A stretch of DNA of 48,495 nt, from assembly GCA_017415325.1 (NCBI GenBank), contig JAFQGY010000346.1, positions 1-48,495 of the forward strand, in the 5' to 3' direction. A model generated the notes under the pieces. It saw only the letters and a list, made by a program, of their open reading frames with translations. It searched no databases and had not been told where the DNA came from. How positions within the stretch are numbered: position 1 is the stretch's first letter; the number at the start of each line of letters is the position of its first letter. Source of the DNA: Clostridia bacterium (GTDB lineage: Bacteria; Bacillota; Clostridia; Oscillospirales; CAG-272). The translations under genes were made by a program, and so were the position numbers. Shown in pieces: positions 1-8,626 of the stretch.

Positions 1-74
1 AAGGTGCATTCAGAGAGCAAGAGATTGCCTCTGTTACAGTTGCAAGCTGCGGGGAACTGCAGATGCAGCAAAAA

Positions 75-190
<116 letters not shown>

Positions 191-192
191 AC

Positions 193-238
193 GAAACGAC
201 GGAGGTTAGACGAAAACGTTTGACCTCCGTTTGCTTTC
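193..238 (+). terminator. Hairpin downstream of 5S (terminator or processing stem)
   Basis: ACGGAGGTTAGACG-AAAA-CGTTTGACCTCCGT inverted repeat followed by TTGCTTT. Confidence 0.6.
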
Positions 239-275
239 GGAAACACAGCGGGTTGTTTGCCTTGCTGTTCCATAT

Positions 276-348
276 TCCTCCATAGCTCAGTCGGTAGAGC
301 ACCTGACTGTTAATCAGGGTGTCACTGGTTCGAGTCCAGTTGGGGGAG
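276..348 (+). tRNA. tRNA-Asn(GTT)
   Basis: Acceptor TCCTCCA/TGGGGGA, D-arm AGCTCAGTCGGTAGAGC, anticodon loop CTGTTAA, T-loop GGTTCGAGTCC; no encoded CCA. Confidence 0.96.
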
Positions 349-349
349 T

Positions 350-382
350 AAGAAGCTCTCAGGGTTTTCTGAGGGCTTTTTC
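350..382 (+). terminator. Intrinsic terminator after tRNA
   Basis: AGCTCTCAG-GGTTTT-CTGAGGGCT followed by TTTT. Confidence 0.7.
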
Positions 383-469
383 ATTGCAAAAACAGCGGGG
401 TCTGCGGAGATTTCTGCAAACAGCGGACTTTTCCACAGGATCTTTTTTCAGAAAGAAGGTACAACATCC

Positions 470-1012
470 ATGCCGCAGATGCTCATTGGGCAGATTCTTG
501 GAATTACAGCGACGCTTATTGCGTTTGTTTCGTATCAGTGCAGGGGACAGAAACAGCTGCTGCTCCTGCAGACTTTTTCCACAGCCTGCAACTGTCTCAG
601 TTACCTGTTCCTGGGGGCTTCCTCCGGCTTTGTGCTGAACATCGTCTGCATGGTGAGAAACGTAGTTTACTATATTTTCCGCTCCAATGCCAAGGTCAGC
701 ACCGTGTCCGGGTGGCTGCTGGCGGGGGTGATTGCGGTGTTGGGAGCATTTTCCTGGCAGGGGCCGGTTTCGCTGCTGATTATCGTGGCACTGGCGGCCA
801 ATACGGTGTTCATGTCCATGCGCAGTCCCCAGCTGCTGCGGATCAGCATCCTGTTTACCTGTTCGCTGATTCTGGTGTACAATATATTCGTGTTCTCCAT
901 CGGCGGGATCCTCAACGAAAGCGTTTCCATTGTTTCCGCAGCTATCGGGATTGTGCGTTTTGCGAAAAGCAGTGGTAAGAATGCCGAAAACGATGCGGCG
1001 GAGAAACCGTAA
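470..1012 (+). CDS. YgjV-like inner membrane protein
   Basis: 180 aa, multiple hydrophobic helices, pattern QILG...SYQ....K.LL.LQ.......SY..LGA.SG...N.....RN; RBS AGAAGG upstream. Confidence 0.75.
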   Translation: MPQMLIGQILGITATLIAFVSYQCRGQKQLLLLQTFSTACNCLSYLFLGASSGFVLNIVCMVRNVVYYIFRSNAKVSTVSGWLLAGVIAVLGAFSWQGPVSLLIIVALAANTVFMSMRSPQLLRISILFTCSLILVYNIFVFSIGGILNESVSIVSAAIGIVRFAKSSGKNAENDAAEKP

Positions 1013-1185
1013 GCGTCGGGTGTACATATAAAAATGAAGGAATATGGAGGAGTTCCTGCAAAAGCCTGTGTGAAAGCATGGGCTTTTTTCTGCGGAATGC
1101 AGAAAGACCTGCGGCAAAGATGTGCGGTGACATCGGATGCGGCAGGTCTTATTTGGTGTTTTATGATGGAATATGGTGGAACCGC

Positions 1186-3366
1186 TTATTCCTTGACGAA
1201 ATGCCAGAGCTTGGCGTCCCAGCCGGATGCGTCGGGGGTGAATTCTCCGATTTCGATACCGGTGCGGAGCTGTTCGCCGGTGACTGTCAGGCCGGTGCGG
1301 GTGTCACGGTAGGTGGCCTTCGGGTCGGCAGTGCGGACGGACAGCTTTCTGCAGGGTTTCTTTTTGCCGATGATGATTTTGCCGTCTGTCAGAACGGCGC
1401 TGAGCAGAATCTGGTTGTCCAGCTGGAAGTAATAGGCGGACACGTCGGATTCGTAGGGGGAAGAAATCCGGTAGTATTCCCCGTCGGTGATGACCCGGTC
1501 GAAGGTGCGGTATTCCTCTACCTGACGGCGGATCTCGTCCTTCACTTCGTCGGGGGTGTCCAGCACGTTGAATTCGTACCCCAGAACCCCGTTGACGGCC
1601 ACCTTGTATTTCAGATCCAGCTCGTGGAGGTTGCCGTGGGGGTTGGATACGTGGCAGCTCATGACGGAGGCCGGGTATGCCAGCATGGAGGAATACTGGA
1701 TCAGGGTCCGGTCGCGGGCATTGGTATTGTCGCTGGTCCAGATCTGGGAGCTGACGGACATCATGGCCAGGTCATACCGCCCGCCGCCGCCGGAGCAGTT
1801 TTCGATCATGGTGTCCGGGTAGGTTTCCATGAACCAGCGGAACAGGGAATATACCCCCTGCATGTAGCGGTATTCCATGGATCCCTGGTCTTCCGCCGCC
1901 AGATACGGGGAGCCGGGTTCGGAGATGTGGCGGTTCATGTCCCACTTGAAGTAGTCGATGGGCACATCCCGGAAGGTTTCGGTGAACATTTCCTTCAGGT
2001 ATTCGATGACGGCGGGGTTGGCCATGTCCAGCACATACTGGGAGCGGGAGTAGGACATGGGTCTGCCGGGACAGCGGATACACCAGTCGGGATGGGCACG
2101 GAACAGGTCGGAGTCGGGGTTCACCATTTCCGGTTCCACCCAGATACCGAACTTCACGCCGGTTTTCTTGACCCGGTCTACATAGGGAGCCAGACCGTCC
2201 TTGAAGCGGTTCCGGTTCACAAACCAGTCCCCCAGCCCTGCCTTGTCGTTGACCCGGGCGCCGAACCATCCGTCGTCCATGATGACCATGTCCATACCGC
2301 AGTCGGCAGCAGCGGCAGCAAAGTCCACCATCACGTCTTCGTTGATGTTGAAGAAGAAGGCTTCCCAGGAATTCAGCACCACGGGACGCCGTTCTTTGGC
2401 TTTGGCGGGGACGATGTGGTCATTGGTGAAGTGGTGGAAGTTCCGGGACATGGTGCCCAGCCCCTTGGCGGAGTAGGTCATGACGGCTTCGGGGCAGAAT
2501 ACGGTTTCGCCGTCCCGGAGGCGGTAGTTGAAGTTTTCGTCCCCCAGACCCATCTGGACCCGGGTTTTGCCGGTCTGATCCCCTTCCACTTCGTTCAGAA
2601 AGCTGCCGCTGTAGACAAAGTTGAAGCCGTAAACATCACCGTGGGTTTCGTCGGCCTTCCGGTCGCAGACGGCCATGAAGGGGTTCATCTGGTGGCTGGC
2701 AGCACCCCGGCGGCTGTGCATGGAAATGTTGCCCCGGAACACGGGAGTCCGTTCGTTGTAGACTCTCTCGAAGCAGTGGGAACCGGCCAGGGAGATCACG
2801 TCGTACTGGTTGTGAGGCAGATCCAGCGCAAGGCTCATCCATTTTTCGATGACCACATCGCCGCCGCTTTTGTTGGTGACGGAGGCGTACCGGGAGATCA
2901 CGTCGCAGTCGTAGAACACGGTGTAGTACAGGTGGAGCTCACAGCCGGAAGCGTCGTCCCGGAGGGTGATGTCCAGGGTCTGGGTGTGCTCATCCGCCCG
3001 GCCGCAGGGAATGGAAGGAATCTCCACCCGTCCGCTGCGGATCTTGTGGGAAACATAGGTGAAATCGGTGACGGAATTGCCGGCTCCGTTGCGGATGCGT
3101 AGGGCGGTGGTGCGGAAATCGCCGCTGCCGAAATACGAATATTCCAGAGGCTGGGTGTCCACGGAAAAATGGACTTCCCCTTCTTTGGCATAAGGGGCAA
3201 AGGACCACACTCTGCCGGGATCCTCGGCGTAGGTTTTTACGTCTGCGCCCAGCTTTTTGCCGTAGTAACGGTGGATCAGGCGGCCTTTTGCGATGTCGAA
3301 GGCGTAGAGGGTGTTTTTTGTGGTCAGCCGGAAGAGGCTGTTTTCTTTCTGGAAGGAAATGGGCAT
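1186..3366 (-). CDS. Alpha-galactosidase, GH36
   Basis: Motifs LNSWEAFFF, MDDGWFG, GLGDW, KFGIWVEPEMV, YFKWDMNR, ENCSGGGGRYD, QIWTSDNT. Start moved to MPISF after RBS AAAGGAG; no signal peptide or dockerin. Confidence 0.93.
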   Translation of the reverse strand: MPISFQKENSLFRLTTKNTLYAFDIAKGRLIHRYYGKKLGADVKTYAEDPGRVWSFAPYAKEGEVHFSVDTQPLEYSYFGSGDFRTTALRIRNGAGNSVTDFTYVSHKIRSGRVEIPSIPCGRADEHTQTLDITLRDDASGCELHLYYTVFYDCDVISRYASVTNKSGGDVVIEKWMSLALDLPHNQYDVISLAGSHCFERVYNERTPVFRGNISMHSRRGAASHQMNPFMAVCDRKADETHGDVYGFNFVYSGSFLNEVEGDQTGKTRVQMGLGDENFNYRLRDGETVFCPEAVMTYSAKGLGTMSRNFHHFTNDHIVPAKAKERRPVVLNSWEAFFFNINEDVMVDFAAAAADCGMDMVIMDDGWFGARVNDKAGLGDWFVNRNRFKDGLAPYVDRVKKTGVKFGIWVEPEMVNPDSDLFRAHPDWCIRCPGRPMSYSRSQYVLDMANPAVIEYLKEMFTETFRDVPIDYFKWDMNRHISEPGSPYLAAEDQGSMEYRYMQGVYSLFRWFMETYPDTMIENCSGGGGRYDLAMMSVSSQIWTSDNTNARDRTLIQYSSMLAYPASVMSCHVSNPHGNLHELDLKYKVAVNGVLGYEFNVLDTPDEVKDEIRRQVEEYRTFDRVITDGEYYRISSPYESDVSAYYFQLDNQILLSAVLTDGKIIIGKKKPCRKLSVRTADPKATYRDTRTGLTVTGEQLRTGIEIGEFTPDASGWDAKLWHFVKE

Positions 3367-3529
3367 ATTGATTCTCCTTTTCGGGTGGTGTTGGTATGGA
3401 GGTATTGTATCATATTGCAGGAAAAAATACAAGAGGCGTGGATAAATATACCGGAAGAGGGAGATGGACGGCAGGTGTCTTTGCGGAAAAAAAGAATGGT
3501 ATGAAGCATGAAATAATATTGGAAAACTA

Positions 3530-3558
3530 TTGCATTTATACTGTTTGTGTGATATAAT
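3530..3558 (+). promoter_or_regulatory. SigA-type promoter of scaffoldin operon
   Basis: TTGCAT-17 nt-TATAAT with extended -10 TG. Confidence 0.7.
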
Positions 3559-3644
3559 TACTACAATTCCGGATGGTATGTCCATAGTATGCCTGTTTGG
3601 AGATGGACTGCGTACGGACTTTCAGAAAAAAAGGAGAGGCAAAA

Positions 3645-4820
3645 ATGAAGAGAAGAATTTTCTGTGCTGTTATGACAGTGGTACTGGTGCTGACCATGCT
3701 GCCTGTCATCGTTGCTGCGGAAGGCGCCGTTGAAATCGCATTCACGCAGCGGGAAACCAAAGCAGGTGCCACACAGGTGCAGGTGGGCGTTGACATGAGC
3801 AACAACCCCGGTCTGGTTACCGCAACCATTCCCGTAACCTGGGACAATGATGTGCTGCATCTGGTGGATGTAATCCCGTCCGAAGACATTCTGTCCGCCG
3901 GTTGGATCGGCATGTCCATGGATGAATATGAATCCAACGGTACTTACTATCTGGCATGGGACAATGACCTGGCTGAAGCAGACTTCACCACGGAAGTAGG
4001 CTGTCTGGCTGAGCTGGTGTTTGATATTGTGGATCCTTCCAAGGATACCAATACCACTCTGGCGTTTGACATGGACGACCCCATTGCCAACGTGATGAAT
4101 TTTGATATGGAAGACCTGCGGGAAACCGTTACTGTGAATGCGGCAAACGGGACTGTTGCTGTTGCTGCGGAAGCAGGCGGGGATGATCCTGTGGTGGATC
4201 CGGAAAGTGCGCAGTTCTATATGCCTACTGTGGATAGAGTGCGGATGGGTGAACCCTTCTCTCTTCCTGTGGATCTTGTAAATAATGCAGGTCTGTCTTC
4301 TATCATCATTGATGTATACTACGATGCAGATGTTTTCAATTATGTTGATGCAGTATACGGAAGTGAGTTTTTGAAGCCGATTACGAATGCAATGACTGAC
4401 GCTGAAGGCAACCCATTCCTGAGATGTACGTGGGTTGATGGTCTCGAAAATATTGTTGGCGACAAAACTTTTGTAACACTGAATTTCCTTGTAAATGAAG
4501 GTGTTGAAGAAGGTTCTTACGAATTTGATATTGTATATGATCCTGACAATGTGTACATGGTAGAAGGTTATGATTACTATAATGTTGACATGGCTGTTGT
4601 AAAGGGTGTTGCGAATATTGTGGATTATATTCCCGGTGACATTGACGGTGACGGAAATGTAAACGCTAAGGACCAGGGGCGGCTGCTGCAGTATCTGGCA
4701 GGTCTGCCTGTAACTGTGGATGTAAAAGCACTTGATGTCAATGGTGACGGAAATGTAAACGCTAAGGACCAGGGGCGGTTGCTGCAGTATCTGGCAGGTC
4801 TGCCTGTGGAAATTTATTAA
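3645..4820 (+). CDS. Adaptor scaffoldin: signal peptide, cohesin A, cohesin B, dockerin
   Basis: RBS AAGGAGAGG; signal MKRRIFCAV. Two cohesin-like domains (VQVGVDMSNNPG..VTWDNDVL; LPVDLVNNAG..VYYDADVF). C-terminal duplicated dockerin GDIDGDGNVNAKD..LLQYLAG. Confidence 0.85.
   Translation: MKRRIFCAVMTVVLVLTMLPVIVAAEGAVEIAFTQRETKAGATQVQVGVDMSNNPGLVTATIPVTWDNDVLHLVDVIPSEDILSAGWIGMSMDEYESNGTYYLAWDNDLAEADFTTEVGCLAELVFDIVDPSKDTNTTLAFDMDDPIANVMNFDMEDLRETVTVNAANGTVAVAAEAGGDDPVVDPESAQFYMPTVDRVRMGEPFSLPVDLVNNAGLSSIIIDVYYDADVFNYVDAVYGSEFLKPITNAMTDAEGNPFLRCTWVDGLENIVGDKTFVTLNFLVNEGVEEGSYEFDIVYDPDNVYMVEGYDYYNVDMAVVKGVANIVDYIPGDIDGDGNVNAKDQGRLLQYLAGLPVTVDVKALDVNGDGNVNAKDQGRLLQYLAGLPVEIY
4647..4807 (+). 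repeat. 65-bp direct repeat (4647-4711, 4743-4807) encoding the two dockerin halves
   Basis: 64/65 nt identical; the only difference is CGGCTG vs CGGTTG. Confidence 0.95.
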
Positions 4821-4830
4821 GGAGTAAATA

Positions 4831-7800
4831 ATGAAAAAGAGTTTATCTGTTATTTTAGCAGTAATGCTCGTAATTTGTATGTTGCCTATCGGAGTATTGG
4901 CAGCTGGTGATCCTATTATGAATATCTCTGACGCTTCTGGTGAAAAAGGTCAGACGGTAAGCGTTAAGGTTGATCTGGAAAACAATCCTGGGATTGCTTC
5001 GTGCATTATTGATTTATATTATGATGGTACAGCATTTACATTTGATAGTGCTGAATATCACAGCAAGATTTCCAAGCCCATTACCAACGCCATGAATGAG
5101 AACGGAAAAAATTGGGTTCGGTTTACATGGGTAGATGGTATGGCAAATGTTACTGGCGATTTCACATTTGTGGATGTTAAATTTGTCATTAACGATGCAG
5201 CGGAATACAAGGAATATCCTCTGGATATCAAGTATAATCCGGAAGATGTATACATGGTTGAAGGATATGATTATTTCAATGTACCGTTCAGCATTGAAAA
5301 GGGTTCCATCACCGTAACCGAAAAGCCTAAGGCTGACTTCACTGAAGACATGTACCTCACTACCAACAAGACCAGCTACACCTATGGTGATACTGTTGCA
5401 GTATCCGTTGCCAATCTGGCTGACGGTGCTGATGTGAAGTACATTGTCAACGATGGCGAACCTGCCGATACCGTAAACATCAAGGATGCCGGTGAATACA
5501 CCATTTCCGCCGTTGTTTCCAAGGATGGTTACAATGATAAGGAACTGGATGCCATTACTGTAAAGATTGCCAAGAAGGACGTTACCATTTCCGGTATTAC
5601 TGCAGCAGACAAGACTTACGATGGTACTGCCAATGTTGATGTGGATACCACGAATGTGGTGATCAATGGAAAGGTTGAAGGGGATGATCTGGAGGCCGTG
5701 TTTCCTGAACCCTTCCAGCTCGACTCTGCCGATGCCGGTAATCGTTCTGTTGTGCTTGCTGGTACCAAGCTTGATGGTGATGCTGCTGATAATTATACGC
5801 TCACATCGGTCGAAGAAGTAACAATTGAAGTATCCAAGAGAGCAATCACTGTAAAGGCTGAAAATGATACCAAGAAAGTTGGAAACAGTGATCCCGATAA
5901 GTTCGTTGCGACTATCACAGAAGGTACTCTTGCTGATGGTCAGGATATCAAATATACTGTATCCAGAGAAGCAGGTGAAGAAGTTGGCAAGTATGCAATT
6001 ACACCTGTTGCTGAAATCACTGCCGATGATAAAGATGTAACGGCTAACTATGAGATTTCGTATCAGAACGGTATTTTTGAAATTATTGACAAGACGCTGA
6101 AGTCCATCGCAGTAACCACTCCTCCCACGGATGTTGAGTATGTTGTTGATGAAACACTGGATATTACCGGTATGGTTGTAACAGCTACATACGACAACGG
6201 TACTACTGATTCCGTGGACGCATATACTGTTCCTGAAAAGATTCAGTTCACAGAAGCTGATATCGGTGAAAAGGAAATTACTGTAAAGTACGGTGAAGCG
6301 ACAGCAACCTTTACAGTAACAGTTATCGCAAAGGAACTCCAGGGTATCACTGTGGATTCCTCCAAGGCAAAGACCGAATACATTGTTGGTCAGACCTTCT
6401 CTGCTGCAGGCCTGCTGGTATACCCTGTGTATAACAACAATGTAGAATATCCTGCGCTGGATTCTGCCGACTACACGGTGGAAGCCCCCGATATGGATAC
6501 TGTGGCAGATGACGCAGTTGCAACGGTTACTTACGAAGGTAAAACCCAGACATACAAGGTTGTTATCAAGGACAAGAGTCTGGAAAAGCAGCTGATTGTT
6601 ACTGAAAAGAACGCCGAAGACATCAAGAACGTTTATGTTGAAGGCAAGACATTCGATTCATCCAACCTGACTGTTACTGCAAAGTATAATAACGGTGATG
6701 AAGTTGTTGTAACCGACTTTACCGTAGAGCTCGCAGGCAGTCTGGCAGTTACAGATAAGTATGTAACTATCAGTTGGACTGATGAAGAACGTGGTCAGAC
6801 TGCTACTTACCAGTATGGCATTACTGTAAATGAAGCAGAAGTAGAGAGTTTCCTGTTTGTATCTTGGGAAAATGAATATATCGAAGATCAGGAATTTGAC
6901 GTTTCTTCTGTTGTTCTGGAAGTATTCTATAACAATGGAACTTCCAAAGAAGTAGTTAGTGGTTTTGCTGTTTCTCCGATGAGAATGACCACAGATATCA
7001 CTTATGTAACTGTTACATATGCTGGTATTTCCATGACAGCAGATGTTCAGGTTTCTGCCAAGGTTCTGGAAGACATTGCTGTTCCCGCAGCTGCTGCAAG
7101 ACAGTATGTTGAAGGCGACAGCTACAAGACTGCCTACATCAATTATATTGAAGCAACCTACAACAACGGTAAGACCTATATGCTGTCTCCTGCCAAGTAT
7201 ACGGTAGAACCGGAAATCATGGCAGTGGATACTACCGAACTGGTATTTACTTACACAGAAGGTGACGTTACCAAGACAGCGACACTGGCTGTAACTGTTC
7301 TGGAATGCGTAGCCACCAACGGTGACGACAGATACGCCAGCATCGTGGATGCTCTCAACGATGCAGAAGATGAAGATACCATCGACGTAATCGGTGAAGC
7401 TGTAATCGACGAAGATGTAATCATCAATGAAGACATCACTGTTGATGTTGATGAAGATGCTTCCCTTACCCAGGAAGAAGACACTGATATTACCGTTTCC
7501 GAAGGTTCTCTGACCATCGTGAACAACACCGAAGAAGATATTACTCTGACCATCAACGGTGAAGAAGTTACTATCGCTGCCGGTGAATCCTACACTGCTG
7601 AACCTGTTGTGGAAGAAGATGACGGCTTTGATGCTTACTATAGCTTCTACATGCAGATGCTCCAGTGGAGAAACCGTATCTTCAATATTAACTACAAGCA
7701 GACTGAAGGCGGTACCGTCTCCGGTCTGAAGAATGCCCGCATCGGCCAGACTGTAACTGTTACCATCACTCCCGACGAAGGCTATGCCATCGCAGATGTA

Positions 7801-8454
7801 CTGGTGAACGGCAAGTCTGTGGGTGCTGTGGAATCCTACAAGATTCGTAACATCAAGTCCAACCAGACCGTTTCCGCTGTATTCGAAAAGATCGCAGCAA
7901 CCAGTCCCTTCGTGGATGTTTCCGTAGACGCTCCTTACTTTGACGCTGTTCTGTACGTATACAACAACGGCATCATCAACGGCGTTTCCGAAACCGAAAT
8001 GGTATTCGCTCCCGACACCACCATGACCCGCGCTATGTTCGTTACCGTTCTGGGCAGAATGTCCGGCGTGAACATGGCTGACTACCCGGTTGTTACCTTT
8101 GCCGACTGCGAAGCCGGTTCCTGGTACGCTCCTTACGTAGAATGGGCCGCACAGGCTGGTATCGTGAAGGGCTACAGCGCAGAAGCCTTCGGTCCCATGG
8201 ACGAAATCACCGTGGAACAGGCTGCTGTAATCCTGTATCGCTACATTGCATACATGGGCTACAACACCGCTGCTGACGCTGATCTGGCGAACTACGCTGA
8301 CGGCGCACAGGTTTCCGAATGGGCTGCAGAACAGATGAAGTGGGCTCTGGCCAACAACATCTACGTTTCCGACACCACTCTGGATCCTCAGGCTCCCGCT
8401 GCACGTTCTCTGGTAGCCGAAATGCTGTACAACCTGTCCGTCTGGAGGGGCTGA
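4831..8454 (+). CDS. Anchor scaffoldin: cohesin B, YDG/MBG-like, five Ig-like repeats, SLH domains
   Basis: N-terminal cohesin (VKVDLENNPGIASCIIDLYYD); DKTYDG (YDG-like); KKVGNSDP..SREAGEEVGKY (MBG-like). Five repeats of Y..G.TF...G..V.A.YNNG. SLH motifs PFVDV, MTRAMFVTVLGR, ITVEQAAVILYR, RSLVAEMLYN. Confidence 0.87.
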   Translation: MKKSLSVILAVMLVICMLPIGVLAAGDPIMNISDASGEKGQTVSVKVDLENNPGIASCIIDLYYDGTAFTFDSAEYHSKISKPITNAMNENGKNWVRFTWVDGMANVTGDFTFVDVKFVINDAAEYKEYPLDIKYNPEDVYMVEGYDYFNVPFSIEKGSITVTEKPKADFTEDMYLTTNKTSYTYGDTVAVSVANLADGADVKYIVNDGEPADTVNIKDAGEYTISAVVSKDGYNDKELDAITVKIAKKDVTISGITAADKTYDGTANVDVDTTNVVINGKVEGDDLEAVFPEPFQLDSADAGNRSVVLAGTKLDGDAADNYTLTSVEEVTIEVSKRAITVKAENDTKKVGNSDPDKFVATITEGTLADGQDIKYTVSREAGEEVGKYAITPVAEITADDKDVTANYEISYQNGIFEIIDKTLKSIAVTTPPTDVEYVVDETLDITGMVVTATYDNGTTDSVDAYTVPEKIQFTEADIGEKEITVKYGEATATFTVTVIAKELQGITVDSSKAKTEYIVGQTFSAAGLLVYPVYNNNVEYPALDSADYTVEAPDMDTVADDAVATVTYEGKTQTYKVVIKDKSLEKQLIVTEKNAEDIKNVYVEGKTFDSSNLTVTAKYNNGDEVVVTDFTVELAGSLAVTDKYVTISWTDEERGQTATYQYGITVNEAEVESFLFVSWENEYIEDQEFDVSSVVLEVFYNNGTSKEVVSGFAVSPMRMTTDITYVTVTYAGISMTADVQVSAKVLEDIAVPAAAARQYVEGDSYKTAYINYIEATYNNGKTYMLSPAKYTVEPEIMAVDTTELVFTYTEGDVTKTATLAVTVLECVATNGDDRYASIVDALNDAEDEDTIDVIGEAVIDEDVIINEDITVDVDEDASLTQEEDTDITVSEGSLTIVNNTEEDITLTINGEEVTIAAGESYTAEPVVEEDDGFDAYYSFYMQMLQWRNRIFNINYKQTEGGTVSGLKNARIGQTVTVTITPDEGYAIADVLVNGKSVGAVESYKIRNIKSNQTVSAVFEKIAATSPFVDVSVDAPYFDAVLYVYNNGIINGVSETEMVFAPDTTMTRAMFVTVLGRMSGVNMADYPVVTFADCEAGSWYAPYVEWAAQAGIVKGYSAEAFGPMDEITVEQAAVILYRYIAYMGYNTAADADLANYADGAQVSEWAAEQMKWALANNIYVSDTTLDPQAPAARSLVAEMLYNLSVWRG

Positions 8455-8527
8455 GTCACAGCAATCCTGTAATGCAGTCTCCCGGAGCAATCCCGGGATG
8501 CGCTGCTGACATCAATATCTGAACCCG

Positions 8528-8574
8528 AAAAGCGGTCGTTTCCCATGAGACAATTGGTGGAATCGGCCGCTTTT
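8528..8574 (+). terminator. Stem-loop between scaffoldin genes and the dockerin array
   Basis: AAAAGCGGTCG...CGGCCGCTTTT; a second hairpin (TCCCGG-AGCAATC-CCGGGA) lies at ~8480-8498. Confidence 0.6.
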
Positions 8575-8626
8575 GTCGGATTTTTGTGTTTTCACAGAAC
8601 AAGCTCACAAGAAAAAGGATGACAAT

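Noticed and set aside
1-74. 23S rRNA 3' end, or evidence that the 5S gene is an orphan
   Set aside because: Sequence is not recognisable as 23S, and the window edge prevents deciding whether this is an operon spacer.
276-348. tRNA-anchored genomic island or prophage
   Set aside because: No integrase follows the tRNA and I found no duplicate of its 3' end in the window.
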